Below, in pieces: positions 11,289 to 23,166 of a stretch of 64,000 bases of DNA. The notes beneath the pieces were generated by a model that was given only the letters and a program-made list of their open reading frames with translations, had not been told where the DNA came from and did not search any database. The position numbers were made by a program, and so were the translations under genes. The DNA lies in NCBI RefSeq assembly GCF_027532185.1, contig NZ_JAPZSV010000011.1, forward strand, positions 3,402 to 67,401, read 5' to 3'. The stretch comes from Hylemonella sp. (GTDB taxonomy: Bacteria; Pseudomonadota; Gammaproteobacteria; Burkholderiales; Burkholderiaceae_C). Numbering within the stretch: the stretch's first letter is position 1; the number at the start of each line of letters is the position of its first letter.

Positions 11289-12425
11289 ATGCGCATCGCC
11301 ATCATCAACCGAAATTTCTCGCGCAGTGGCGGCGGCGCCGAGAGCTATGCCGTAGCCATCGCCGAGCAGCTGGCCGCACGCCACGAGGTGCATGTCTTTT
11401 CCCAGGAAAGCAACGAGCCCGTGCCTGGCATCACCTACCACCGTGTCGCCAGCACGGGGCGCAAGCTGCGCTGGCTGAACCAGCTGGTCTTCGCGCTCTC
11501 GAGCTGGTGGCAGACGCGCCAGGGCTTTGACGCGGTGCATTCGCACGAGAACACCTGGCATGGCCAGGTGCAGACCATCCATGTGCGACCGCTGCGCTAC
11601 AACCTGCTGCACGGCAAGCGCGGTTGGCGGCGTGCGCTGCAGTGGCTCAAGATCTGGACCAGCCCGCGCCTGGCGACCTATGTCTGGCTCGAAGGTGCGC
11701 GTTTTGCGCGTCGACCCGGCCGCAGCATCGTGGCGACCTCGGAGATGTTGCGCCAGGAATGCGAGCAGGCCTACCCCGGAAGCCGCAAACGTCTGTCGGT
11801 CATCACACCCGGGACGGCCCTGCAGCAGGACAAGGTGACGCGCACCATGGCCCGGCGCATGCTGGAGTTGCCGCTGGACTGCCCTCTGCTGCTCTTCGTG
11901 GCCAACGACTACAAGCGCAAAGGGCTGGACGCATTGCTGTCCGCGCTGCAGCAGCTGCCTCTGGATGTACAGCTGGCGATCGCTGGCAAGCCGGGTGCTG
12001 CACCTCGCTATGTGACGATGGTGCGCGACCTCGGCCTGGAGTCTCGCGTGCATTTTCTGGGCTCACAGGACGATCTGGTGCCGGCCTACCGTGCGGCTGA
12101 TTGCTTGGTGCACCCGACGCTGGAGGACACCTATGCCATGGTGGTGCTCGAAGCCATGTCGCATGGCCTGCCCGTGGTGGTCAGCGGCCCCGTGCACTGC
12201 GGCATCTCCCGCGAGCTCCACGACGGGCAGGAGGCCCTGATCCTGCACGACCCGCGCAATAGCGCGGACCTGGCACGTCTGGTCCGTACCGTGCTTGATG
12301 ACGCCAGCCTGGCCGACCGTCTGCGCGGGCAGGGCCTGGCCTTTGCGCAGGCCCATACCTGGGAGAGGGCGGCGCTAGAATACGAAGCCCTGTACCAGCA
12401 GGCCCTCTCCATCCGTTCCCTATGA
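11289..12425 (+). CDS. Glycosyltransferase family 4 (GT-B fold), LPS core type
   Basis: 378 aa with an N-terminal GGGAESY motif and a C-terminal E-x7-E-like region (PTLEDTYAMVVLEAMSHGLPVV). Confidence 0.8.
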   Translation: MRIAIINRNFSRSGGGAESYAVAIAEQLAARHEVHVFSQESNEPVPGITYHRVASTGRKLRWLNQLVFALSSWWQTRQGFDAVHSHENTWHGQVQTIHVRPLRYNLLHGKRGWRRALQWLKIWTSPRLATYVWLEGARFARRPGRSIVATSEMLRQECEQAYPGSRKRLSVITPGTALQQDKVTRTMARRMLELPLDCPLLLFVANDYKRKGLDALLSALQQLPLDVQLAIAGKPGAAPRYVTMVRDLGLESRVHFLGSQDDLVPAYRAADCLVHPTLEDTYAMVVLEAMSHGLPVVVSGPVHCGISRELHDGQEALILHDPRNSADLARLVRTVLDDASLADRLRGQGLAFAQAHTWERAALEYEALYQQALSIRSL

Positions 12426-13759
12426 CTGACAAACCCCGGCAACGCTGGCTGATCATTTCGCACGCCTTCAATATGGATGGCCGTGCGGCCAGCCACACCA
12501 TCACCGACAAGCTGCCGCACCTCAAGGCGGCTGGCATCGAGCTCGTGGTACTCAGCGGCGTCTCCGGTGAACAGGATCCGGAACTGGAGCACTACCGGCT
12601 CTGGCCCGCCGGACCGGCCGGTTTGCGTTTCGATCTGCGCCATGTGCTGCGCAAGCGTTTTGGCAAAGGTGTGGTCTATCGCGTGCTGATGCTGCTGGCC
12701 TCGCTTGTACTCGTGCCGGGTATGGTGGTCGAGAAGCTGCTGCGCCCGCTGGAGAGCTCCTGGTCCTGGTGGCTCACGGCCTACCTCAAGGGCAGGGCGC
12801 TGGCCCGCCAGCAACCCTTCGATCTGATCTATTCCACCGGCGGCGCCTACGCCGCCCATGTGGCCGGTCGTGCGCTCAAGTTCGCCACGGGAACGCCCTG
12901 GTTGGCCGAGGTCCACGACCCGCTGGTCGTGCCCGGCACCACGCCGCGCACCCCGCACCAGAAGAAGCAGGCGGACATCGAGCGCCAGATCTGCACCGAC
13001 GCTGATCTCGCCATCTGGTTCACGGACCAAGCCTTGGCCAGCGCGCGTGCGCGCCATCCGCAGCTGGGCGACAGGGGCAAGATGATGCTGCCCGGCATCG
13101 ACAAGCCCTTCGACACCTTGCCCCCCTACACACCGGGCGCGAAGTTCGTCGTGGGCCATTTCGGTTCGCTCTCGGCCACACGCAGCATGGTGCCCTTCGT
13201 CAAGGCGCTGGAGCTGCTCAAGATCCGCCGTCCGGAGATGGTGGCGCAGACCGAGTTGCACATCTATGGCGGCGCTATCGATGCACCCGCGGCCGAACTG
13301 CTGCAACATTCTCCAGTACGCGAGCAGGTGCGGCAATTCGGCCGTATCGAGGCCGATCCAGCCACAGGCCTGTCCGGCCGCGACCAGATCCTGCACCGCA
13401 TGCGTGGTGTGGACGTGCTGCTGCTGCTGCACGGCGAGGACCCTCTGTGCGAGGAGTACATCCCTTCCAAGCTCTATGAGTACCTGTGGATGCAGCGCCC
13501 CATCCTTTCCATCGTGCACCGCAACCCGCAGATGGCCGCGATGATTCGCGGCGAGGGACATGTGACGGTGGAGACGGGACGTGTTTCGGGCGACAGCGAT
13601 CCGGCTGCCGTGGCGCAGCCGCTGGCTGCCGAGCTGGAGCAGCTGTATGAGCGCTGGCAGACGCCGGGGCTGCCCGACAGCGGACGTGACAGCCCGTACA
13701 CCACCGGGGCCGCGGTCGGCCAGTTGCTAGGCTGGGCAGCAGCCACCTTCCGCCCGTGA
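12422..13759 (+). CDS. Putative GT-B-fold glycosyltransferase (divergent)
   Basis: 445 aa. The ATGA overlap with the upstream GT4 gene indicates coupling. The C-terminal EEYIPSKLYEYLWMQRPIL resembles a GT1/GT4 donor-binding motif. The family was not recognised precisely. Confidence 0.55.
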   Translation: MTDKPRQRWLIISHAFNMDGRAASHTITDKLPHLKAAGIELVVLSGVSGEQDPELEHYRLWPAGPAGLRFDLRHVLRKRFGKGVVYRVLMLLASLVLVPGMVVEKLLRPLESSWSWWLTAYLKGRALARQQPFDLIYSTGGAYAAHVAGRALKFATGTPWLAEVHDPLVVPGTTPRTPHQKKQADIERQICTDADLAIWFTDQALASARARHPQLGDRGKMMLPGIDKPFDTLPPYTPGAKFVVGHFGSLSATRSMVPFVKALELLKIRRPEMVAQTELHIYGGAIDAPAAELLQHSPVREQVRQFGRIEADPATGLSGRDQILHRMRGVDVLLLLHGEDPLCEEYIPSKLYEYLWMQRPILSIVHRNPQMAAMIRGEGHVTVETGRVSGDSDPAAVAQPLAAELEQLYERWQTPGLPDSGRDSPYTTGAAVGQLLGWAAATFRP

Positions 13760-13862
13760 GTCATAGCCCGGCCATTCTTCTTCATACCTGCATTGCGGGC
13801 GCTGCCGTGATAGCTGCGGTATCCGTCATCCGCGCAGTTGTCCGCCGAACGACTGGGCCCTG

Positions 13863-15374
13863 ATGGACATCCGGCGGACGCTCTATTTCTGGGGGCTGCT
13901 GGCTTATCTGGCCACCCTGCCTGTGGCCCATACCGTGGCCTTGCGCAGCTTGCTGCTGCTGCTGCTGATTGCCGTGCTCACCGTGTCCGTGTTGCGCAAG
14001 GGATGGCGCGAGTCACTGGAATGGGATGCCTGGTCGCTTCCAGTCTGTTTGCCGGTGCTGCTCTGGATGGCTTACCTGTGCCTGTTCCCGCTCTGGGCGG
14101 AACAGGCTGGGCCTGCCTGGGCCAACCTACGAGGGCAATGGGGGCTGTCCATCGTGGCCTGGCTGATCGGCTGGGGTGGTGTGCTGCTGATGGGACGGCA
14201 CGGGCCATCCTTGTTGCAGCTGGCGCTTGCAAGTGGTTTTCTGGTGCTTTTGCACCTTGGTATGAGCCTGTTGGCCTGGTCCGGCCTGCTCGGTGCCGCC
14301 GTTCCGGCGGACATGCCGCTGATGCAGATGTGGCGTTCCTTTCTGTCCGTGGTGGGCGGAGCGGCAGAGGTGGGCTGGCGCTGGCAGCCCTTTCCCTGGG
14401 GGTTTCGCGGCTTCGATCCCATGCACGGCAATCTGGGCTACACCTCGAACCAGGCCATCGTCCTGTTTCTCTGCTGCCTGCTGTTCGCCTGGCGTAGCCA
14501 TGCGTCCCGCGTCACGGGCGTCGCGGCCGCGGCCATCGTGCTCTGCTTCGTTAGTATTGTGGTCGCGTATTCGCGTGGTGCGGTTCTCTACGGCCTGCTG
14601 ATGGCCGTGCTGGCAGGGCTGGTGTACCAGTTTCGCCTGAGGGGGGCTGTCTCTGGAGGCCCGTCTCCGTCTCGGCCGGTATGGAGAAAGGGGCAGCTTG
14701 TGCTGGTGTGGGCCGTGATGGCTTCTTTGCTGGTCGCGGCTACCCTTTCCTTCAAGAAGGATCCGCGCTGGCATCTCATGGTGGACAAGGCCCGTGTGGT
14801 CTTTCTCTTGGTCGATGATCCGGTCCGCTTTCTCTGTGAGGGACCGGATGAGTCCATGCTGCAGGGTTTGCGCCATGAGATGCAGGATCGTGGTCCGGAA
14901 TATGTCTCGGATCTGATCGGCGGTTTGAACGGGGATGGCGCACGTGTGGCTCTTATGCGGGCAGGGTTGGTTCTGGTGGCCGAGCGCCCCTGGGGGCTGG
15001 ATGGTTCCCGGGGCTCATACAAGTTACTGATTCAGACCAAGTGCGGACATCCCCCGGTGATGCTTTATGAGCATGCGCATCAGGGCTGGCTGGACACGGC
15101 CCTGGCTCTGGGGTGGGCGGGAAGCGGCCTGCTGTGTCTGGCCTTTCTCTCGCTGGCCGTCTTTGGCTGGCGCAACCTCAGGCCAGACGCGGCAGGGCCC
15201 TGGGCCTTAGCGCTGCTTCTGTTGTCGGTCTTCTGGATTGCCCGGGGCTTTGCTGACTCCGTCTATCGCGAGCATCTGCTGCAGATGCAGGCCGCTTTGC
15301 TGGGCTACCTGGCAGCTCGTACCAACCTTGAGCGCCGGTTGGCAGCAGTGCAGCATCAGTCGGCGGCGCCCTGA
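13863..15374 (+). CDS. O-antigen ligase (Wzy_C) family polytopic membrane protein
   Basis: 503 aa, many hydrophobic segments, central AYSRGAVLYGLLMAVLAG motif. LPS gene context. Confidence 0.7.
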   Translation: MDIRRTLYFWGLLAYLATLPVAHTVALRSLLLLLLIAVLTVSVLRKGWRESLEWDAWSLPVCLPVLLWMAYLCLFPLWAEQAGPAWANLRGQWGLSIVAWLIGWGGVLLMGRHGPSLLQLALASGFLVLLHLGMSLLAWSGLLGAAVPADMPLMQMWRSFLSVVGGAAEVGWRWQPFPWGFRGFDPMHGNLGYTSNQAIVLFLCCLLFAWRSHASRVTGVAAAAIVLCFVSIVVAYSRGAVLYGLLMAVLAGLVYQFRLRGAVSGGPSPSRPVWRKGQLVLVWAVMASLLVAATLSFKKDPRWHLMVDKARVVFLLVDDPVRFLCEGPDESMLQGLRHEMQDRGPEYVSDLIGGLNGDGARVALMRAGLVLVAERPWGLDGSRGSYKLLIQTKCGHPPVMLYEHAHQGWLDTALALGWAGSGLLCLAFLSLAVFGWRNLRPDAAGPWALALLLLSVFWIARGFADSVYREHLLQMQAALLGYLAARTNLERRLAAVQHQSAAP

Positions 15375-16129
15375 GGTCGGATGAACAGTGGTGCGTGGTG
15401 CCGGTCGCGCTGCACCAGCCAGTTGCGCAGCTTTTCCTTCAGGATGCGCTTGAGCGAATTCCGATAGTGTCTACCGATGCCACCTCCCACGCCGGCAATC
15501 ACCGGCGGAGTACGCAGGAGCAGGCCATGCAGGCCCTGACCAAGAATCGTGTCGCGGAAACACTCTTCCAGACCGTACCCCTTCTCCTTGTCGATGCGGA
15601 GGTGGGCATCGCCCAGATAGCGTTGGTAGGCCTCGACGCTGGCCATGTAGAAGCGAGTGTCGATATACGCCAAGGCGGTCTGTCGGGTGGGTGAGAAGAC
15701 GTCGAGGAAGACCCCTTTGAAGGCCAGCCTGCCGTTCCACTCTGCAAGGCAGGCATGGAAATTGGAGACCCAGAGTTTGGCTGAGCACTTTGCGAAGCAC
15801 TTCGCTTGCGCTATGAAGCGCGAATGCGCCAGTGCATAGCGGACGATTTCCCCCTCGCCGTGGCCTCGACCATAGCGCTGGACGGCCGTGATGTCGTTCT
15901 GAAAATGGAGACACTCGATAGCCGCGCTCGGAAATCTCGCGCTGAGCGGTCCAGAAAAATCGTAACCTGATCCATCGCAGATCACGATCTGCAGATGAGG
16001 ATCGATCCGCAGCCACTCACCAACGGACTCGATCGTGAGCCGCAGACGTTCTTCGGTGTCGGTCAGGGCAACGCCCGTGTCATGGGCGATCACGCTGGAG
16101 GTCAGGAGGATGGGTGGGGTGATGGGCAT
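15356..16129 (-). CDS. Hypothetical protein (LPS cluster, last gene of the msbA operon)
   Basis: The start is trimmed to MPITPPILL (ATG at 16129), 26 nt after the upstream stop. 258 aa, with a VICDGSGYDF segment. No family recognised. Confidence 0.5.
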   Translation of the reverse strand: MPITPPILLTSSVIAHDTGVALTDTEERLRLTIESVGEWLRIDPHLQIVICDGSGYDFSGPLSARFPSAAIECLHFQNDITAVQRYGRGHGEGEIVRYALAHSRFIAQAKCFAKCSAKLWVSNFHACLAEWNGRLAFKGVFLDVFSPTRQTALAYIDTRFYMASVEAYQRYLGDAHLRIDKEKGYGLEECFRDTILGQGLHGLLLRTPPVIAGVGGGIGRHYRNSLKRILKEKLRNWLVQRDRHHAPLFIRPQGAAD

Positions 16130-16155
16130 GGACGCGTGTCGGGGATAGCTTGGGA

Positions 16156-17043
16156 TCAGATGCGGCCGAGGAGCCGGCGCAATCTGCGGCCCGTGCGCGA
16201 GAGCCAGTTTCCGCCCTCGCGAGGCCAGTCCATGTTCCGCTCCCAGGCCGATTGCAGGATGACGCCGCAATACAACTGGGCCAGTTGTTGCTGCGTGATG
16301 CCCCTGCGCCGGTCGCGGTCGAACTGCCATGCGTAGTGGTAGACCTTGAACAAGGCTTGGCATGGGCGCAGTGCAACGGCCTGATAAGCCAGCAGGGCTT
16401 CACCATACCAGCGGGACTCGATCGGGGCTTGTTCGATGGCATCGGCCAAGGTCATGCCGCGCGGTTGTAGGTACCGTTCGTCCAGACTCTGCCAGACGTC
16501 GCGATGCCACACCAGGGGGAAGGGGCCAAAGCTGTAGCGACGCCCTGCACGGGCGAACAGTCCCTGCACCAGATCTGCCTCGCGCACGAAGGCGTCGAGC
16601 ACGCGTTGGCGCCGGTGCTGCAACGCATCTTCCAGCAGATCGTGCGCCTCATCGAGCATGGTGTACGGCGCTCCGTCATGGCCGATGTAATCGGATGTGC
16701 GGATGGTGCGTATGAAATAGGCGTCGGAATCAAGACAAAGGTAGGCGCTGGACAGTCCAAGCCGCCAGAACTCGGACTTGACGACCTGCTGTGCCAGATA
16801 GCCTGGCATAAGGGCTACGCGCTGTGCCATGCCCGGGTGGGAAGCGGCGAGGATGTCCTCGTCGGCCAGCAGTTCCACGTCCAGGGTCGAGAGGTGCTCG
16901 CGAAACAGCGGGAGTTCATTCCCGGGAACGGAGACGTAGAAGGGGAGCTTCTCTGCATTGTGCTGGCGCACCGAGCGGGCCAAGCGCACGACGCGGCGCA
17001 GGTCAGTGCTGTAACTCTTGCAGTAGAGGGCGAAAGGCTTCAT
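16156..17043 (-). CDS. Hypothetical protein, possible nucleotide-diphospho-sugar transferase (DxD-like CLDSDAYF)
   Basis: 295 aa. The start overlaps the deacetylase stop (ATGA). The functional call rests only on the DSD motif and LPS context. Confidence 0.5.
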   Translation of the reverse strand: MKPFALYCKSYSTDLRRVVRLARSVRQHNAEKLPFYVSVPGNELPLFREHLSTLDVELLADEDILAASHPGMAQRVALMPGYLAQQVVKSEFWRLGLSSAYLCLDSDAYFIRTIRTSDYIGHDGAPYTMLDEAHDLLEDALQHRRQRVLDAFVREADLVQGLFARAGRRYSFGPFPLVWHRDVWQSLDERYLQPRGMTLADAIEQAPIESRWYGEALLAYQAVALRPCQALFKVYHYAWQFDRDRRRGITQQQLAQLYCGVILQSAWERNMDWPREGGNWLSRTGRRLRRLLGRI

Positions 17044-17755
17044 CGACGGCGGTCTTCGTAGCCGGTCAAGACCTTGGCGGCGAAGAGCGGCATGTGTGTG
17101 GAGCAGGCCACCATGATGCGACGCAGCGTGTGCCGGTCTTCCCCCGCCTGTACGCGTCCGCGTCGGGTGGTGGTGGCTGTGGTGTAGCCCGACTGCTTGG
17201 CCATCTCCACGTGTTGGGGGAAGAATTGGCCGTAGGGGTAGCAGAAATGGCGGACCGGGGATTGCAGCAGCTGCTCGAGGTCCTGTCGGGAGCCGGCAAT
17301 TTCCTCGCGTGCTGACGCGTCATCAAGCTCAGTCAGACGTGCATGGGTACGGGTGTGAGAACCGATGTCCATGCCTGCATCGCGCCAGCGGTACCAGTCC
17401 TCAAGATCCATGAGTGGCTTCTGGGCGACCAGACCTTCATCCCAGCGGTTGCGGTCACCGAAGAGGCCACTGACGCCATAGATGGTGGCGGTAAAGCGGT
17501 AGCGCTGGAGCACAGGCAGGCCATGCTCGACATTGTTGCGGTAACCGTCGTCGAAGGTGATCCCGACCACCCGGCCGGTTCGCTCGCCTCTGAGGTAGGG
17601 TTCGAGATCCCGCATGGACAGGCCGCGGTAGCCCAACAGGCTGAGCAGACCCATCTGCCGTGCGAATGAGCCCGGCGAAACCACGAGACCACGAAGCGGC
17701 GTACCGCGTGGCGGCGGCTCGTCGATCTGGTGATACATGAGGATCGGAATCCCGC

Positions 17756-17759
<4 letters not shown>
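17040..17759 (-). CDS. Polysaccharide deacetylase (NodB homology domain) family protein
   Basis: Contains ILMYHQI..., FDDGYRNN (the TFDDG motif) and GSHTRTH motifs. The start overlaps the msbA stop (ATGA). Confidence 0.85.
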
Positions 17760-19507
<1,748 letters not shown>

Positions 19508-19707
19508 GGCGGAGCGCTCATGCGGAACGCATCGGCGGTCTTGTGGGCTGGCATGCATGGGGCCTGCCGCGATGCATCGAGTCTACCCGAATCGAACAGC
19601 TGCCTCTGCGCGTGCAGACGCAGCCGTTGGGCGCAGAGGTATGATTCAACGACGGAATCCGGCCCGCGTGCCTTGACCGTCATCCCAGTTCCACGCATCG
19701 GTTTACC

Positions 19708-20496
19708 TTGTCCCGTCTCTCCGTCATCCTCATCACCAAGAACGAAGCCTCGAACATCGAGGCCTGCCTGCGTTCCGTGGCCTTTGCCGACGAGATCGTG
19801 GTAGTGGACTCTGGCAGCACCGACGGGACGGCGGAGATCGCGCGGCGCCTTGGGGCCCGTGTGGAAGTCAAGCCCGACTGGCCCGGTTTCGGCCCGCAGA
19901 AGAACCGGGCCCTGGCGCTGGCCAGCCACCCCTGGGTGTTGTCCATTGACGCCGACGAGCGGGTGACGCCTGAGCTGCAGGCGGAAATTCTGGTGGTGGT
20001 TCAGGGCGACAGCGGCGTCGTTGCCTGGGAGATCCCGCGCCTGACCCAGTTCTGCGGCCAGTGGATCCATCACTGCGGCTGGACGCCGGATCATGTGCTG
20101 CGTCTGTTCCGTGGCGAGGCGGCGCGCTTCAGCGACGACCTGGTGCACGAGCGCGTGCTGGTGACCGGCGGCCCGGTCGGACGGCTCAAGACGTCTCTGT
20201 TGCACTACAGCTACCCCACCCCGAGCCACTACTGGCGCAAGCTGGAGCAATACAGCCAGGCCTGGGCGCAGCAGCGCCACCAGGCGGGTCAGCGCACCAG
20301 CATGACGCGCGCGGTGGCTGCAGGCGTGGTGGCCTTCATCCGCAGCTACATCTTCCGCCTGGGGGTATTGGACGGGGCCATGGGCTTCGCAGTGTGTACC
20401 ATGCAGGCCCAGGCCGCTTTCGGCAAGTATTTCGCCCTGTATTGTTTGAACCGGACCCATGATTCATCGTCTGCCTCTCCTCCGCCGTCTGTTTGA
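19708..20496 (+). CDS. Glycosyltransferase family 2 (LPS core, WaaE/KdtX-like)
   Basis: TTG start. Contains LSVILITKNEASNIEACLRSV..DEIVVVDSGSTDGT and the DADE motif. Confidence 0.82.
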   Translation: MSRLSVILITKNEASNIEACLRSVAFADEIVVVDSGSTDGTAEIARRLGARVEVKPDWPGFGPQKNRALALASHPWVLSIDADERVTPELQAEILVVVQGDSGVVAWEIPRLTQFCGQWIHHCGWTPDHVLRLFRGEAARFSDDLVHERVLVTGGPVGRLKTSLLHYSYPTPSHYWRKLEQYSQAWAQQRHQAGQRTSMTRAVAAGVVAFIRSYIFRLGVLDGAMGFAVCTMQAQAAFGKYFALYCLNRTHDSSSASPPPSV

Positions 20497-21772
20497 GACG
20501 ACCTGCCTCCTGCTCTGCGTGTGGCTGGGCCTGGCCCAGCCGGCTCTGGCCCAGTTCCGCGTCGAGGTCTCGGGCGTTGGCTTGACCCAGTTGCCCATCG
20601 CCTTTGCGCCTTTTCGCGGGCAGGACGCCGCGCCGCAGAAGATCAGCGCCATCGTCCAGGCCGATCTGGAACGCAGCGGCCAGTTCCGCAGCGTGTCGGC
20701 CCGCAGCGGGCAGCTTGACGAGAACGCCCGTCCGGATCTGGTGCCGTGGCGTCAGGCCGGCGCCGATTCGCTGCTGACCGGCAGTATCACCCGTCTGGCC
20801 GATGGCCGCTACGACGTGCGCTTCCGCCTCTGGGATGTGGTTGCGGGGCGTGACCTGGGCGGGCAGAGCTATGCGATTGCGGCGGCTGACCTGCGGTTGG
20901 CCGCGCATCGTATCGCCGACTTCGTCTACGAGAAGCTGACCGGCGAGAAGGGCATCTTCTCCACCCGCATCGCCTACGTGACCAAGGCTGAGCAGCGCTA
21001 CAGCCTGTGGGTCGCCGATGCCGATGGTGAAGGCGCGCAGCCGGCTCTGAGCAGCCCGGAGCCCATCATCTCGCCCAGCTGGTCGCCCGATGGCCGGCAA
21101 CTGGCCTACGTGTCCTTCGAGTCGCGCAAGCCCGTGGTCTACATTCACGACGTGGCCAGCGGCAAACGTCGCCTCGTGGCCAACTTCCGCGGCTCCAACA
21201 GCGCGCCGGCCTGGTCGCCGGATGGTCGCAGCCTGGCGGTGACGCTGAGCCGCGATGGGGGCTCCCAGCTCTATACGCTGGATGTCAACGCCGTCGGCGC
21301 CGAGCCGCGGCGTCTGACCCAGTCGTCCAGTATCGACACCGAGCCGACCTACTCGCATGACGGCAGGCATCTTTACTTCGTTAGCGACCGTGGTGGCAGT
21401 CCCCAGATCTACCGCATGCCCGCGGCAGGCGGCAACCCGGAGCGCGTGACGTTTACCGGCACTTACAACATTTCCCCGGCACTGAGCGCCGACGGGCGCT
21501 GGCTGGCTTATATTTCCCGGGTCAGCGGTGTCTTCAAGCTGCACGTGATGGAGCTTGCCACGGGCACCGTTACCGCGCTGACCGAAACCACGGCCGATGA
21601 GAACCCCAGTTTTGCCCCCAACAGCCGGCTGCTGCTGTATGCAACCAAGCAACAGGAGCGTGAGGCTCTGATGACCACGACCCTGGACGGCAAGATCAAG
21701 GCCCGGCTTGCGGGGCAGGGCGGAGACCTCCGTGAGCCCGACTGGGGCCCGTTCCAGAAGGCCTCCAACTGA
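20459..21772 (+). CDS. tolB: Tol-Pal system beta-propeller protein TolB
   Basis: Signal peptide followed by repeated PxWSPDG beta-propeller motifs (SPSWSPDGRQLAYVS, APAWSPDGRSLAV). Confidence 0.95.
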   Translation: MIHRLPLLRRLFETTCLLLCVWLGLAQPALAQFRVEVSGVGLTQLPIAFAPFRGQDAAPQKISAIVQADLERSGQFRSVSARSGQLDENARPDLVPWRQAGADSLLTGSITRLADGRYDVRFRLWDVVAGRDLGGQSYAIAAADLRLAAHRIADFVYEKLTGEKGIFSTRIAYVTKAEQRYSLWVADADGEGAQPALSSPEPIISPSWSPDGRQLAYVSFESRKPVVYIHDVASGKRRLVANFRGSNSAPAWSPDGRSLAVTLSRDGGSQLYTLDVNAVGAEPRRLTQSSSIDTEPTYSHDGRHLYFVSDRGGSPQIYRMPAAGGNPERVTFTGTYNISPALSADGRWLAYISRVSGVFKLHVMELATGTVTALTETTADENPSFAPNSRLLLYATKQQEREALMTTTLDGKIKARLAGQGGDLREPDWGPFQKASN

Positions 21773-21811
21773 TTCCCTTTACACACACTTTCGCATCCTC
21801 AGGAGTAAGAC

Positions 21812-22339
21812 ATGTCGATCAAGAAATTTGCGCTGCTGGGCGCCATCGCTCTGGTGATGGCCGGCTGCTCTTCCGTGAACCTGGACAACCCGCCGGTGGA
21901 TGATCGCTCCACGGGCGGAGCTGCCGGCAGCGGCGGCGCCAGCAGCACGGTAGCCCAGACCACGGTGGCCCCGGTCGATGACGGCAAGGCAGCCCAGGCG
22001 GCCATCGCAAACGTGTCGCGCCTGGTCTATTTCGACTACGACAGCTATGTGATCAAGCCCGAGTTCCAGGCCTTGATCGATGCCCATGCGCGCCACATCC
22101 GCGCCGACCGCAGCCGCAAGGTTGTGATTGAAGGCCATACCGACGAGCGCGGTGGCCGTGAATACAACCTGGCGCTGGGTCAGCGCCGTGCCGAGGCCGT
22201 GCGCCGCGCACTCGGCCTGCTGGGCGTGGCCGACAGCCAAGTCGAGGCCGTGAGCTTTGGCAAGGAAAAGCCGGCCGTGACGGGCAGCGATGAGGCAGCC
22301 TGGTCCAAGAACCGCCGCGCTGAGATCAGCTACCGCTGA
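21812..22339 (+). CDS. pal: Peptidoglycan-associated lipoprotein Pal
   Basis: Lipobox LVMAGCSS and an OmpA-like C-terminal domain (EGHTDERGGREYNLALGQRRAEAV). Confidence 0.95.
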   Translation: MSIKKFALLGAIALVMAGCSSVNLDNPPVDDRSTGGAAGSGGASSTVAQTTVAPVDDGKAAQAAIANVSRLVYFDYDSYVIKPEFQALIDAHARHIRADRSRKVVIEGHTDERGGREYNLALGQRRAEAVRRALGLLGVADSQVEAVSFGKEKPAVTGSDEAAWSKNRRAEISYR

Positions 22340-23127
22340 TGCGCCGCAGCGAGATGAACAGGATCCTGCGTCTGGCGGCGTTGCTGCTGTGTGCCCTGGG
22401 CAGCACAGCGGCGCACGCCCTGTTCAGTGACGACGAGGCCCGTCGCGCCATTCTCGATCTGCGCCAGCGCGTGGAGAGCATGCGGACGGAGTCCGAGCAG
22501 CGCTCCTCCGATCAGGTGAACCGTCTGACGGAAGAGAACACCCAGCTGCGTCGCAGTCTGCTGGAGCTGCAGACCCAGATCGAGACGCTGCGCACCGAGC
22601 TGTCACGGCAGGTCGGCCAGAACGAGCAGCTGGCCCGTGCCGTGGCCGAGCTGCAGCGCCAGCAAACTGACGTGATCACGGGTCTGGACGAGCGTCTGCG
22701 CAAGTTCGAGCCCTCCAAGGTCAGCGTCGATGGTCGCGAGTTCATGGCCGAGCCGGCCGAGCGGCGTGATTTCGATGCGGCCCTGGGCGTGTTCCGCAAA
22801 GGTGACTTCACCGAGGCGCAGAATGTCTTCACCGAGTTCATCAAGCGCTATCCCTCCAGCGGCTACGTGCCCTCGTCCTACTTCTGGCTGGGCAATGCGC
22901 AGTACGCCACGCGCGACTACAAGGAAGCCATCCAGAACTTCCGCAACCTGCTGACCCAGGCGCCCGACCACCTGCGCGCCCCTGAGGCCGTGCTCTCGAT
23001 CGCCAACTGCCAGGTCGAGCTCAAGGACACCAAGGCTGCGCGCAAGACCCTGGAAGATCTGATCAAGGCCTACCCCCAGTCCGAGGCCGCCGCGGCAGCC
23101 AGGCAGCGCCTCCCGCGCCTGAAGTAG
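22339..23127 (+). CDS. cpoB: Tol-Pal system protein CpoB/YbgF
   Basis: Signal peptide, coiled-coil N-terminal region and C-terminal TPR region. Located immediately after pal. Confidence 0.88.
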   Translation: MRRSEMNRILRLAALLLCALGSTAAHALFSDDEARRAILDLRQRVESMRTESEQRSSDQVNRLTEENTQLRRSLLELQTQIETLRTELSRQVGQNEQLARAVAELQRQQTDVITGLDERLRKFEPSKVSVDGREFMAEPAERRDFDAALGVFRKGDFTEAQNVFTEFIKRYPSSGYVPSSYFWLGNAQYATRDYKEAIQNFRNLLTQAPDHLRAPEAVLSIANCQVELKDTKAARKTLEDLIKAYPQSEAAAAARQRLPRLK

Positions 23128-23166
23128 GCCCCTGCGGGCCCTTGCCCCGGGCTTTAGAATCCGGGG

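Noticed and set aside
20459-23127. tolB-pal-cpoB occurs without ybgC-tolQRA immediately upstream; an LPS GT2 gene is there instead.
   Set aside because: Split tol-pal clusters occur in many non-enteric proteobacteria. tolB overlaps the GT2 gene by 38 nt, but nothing suggests novelty.
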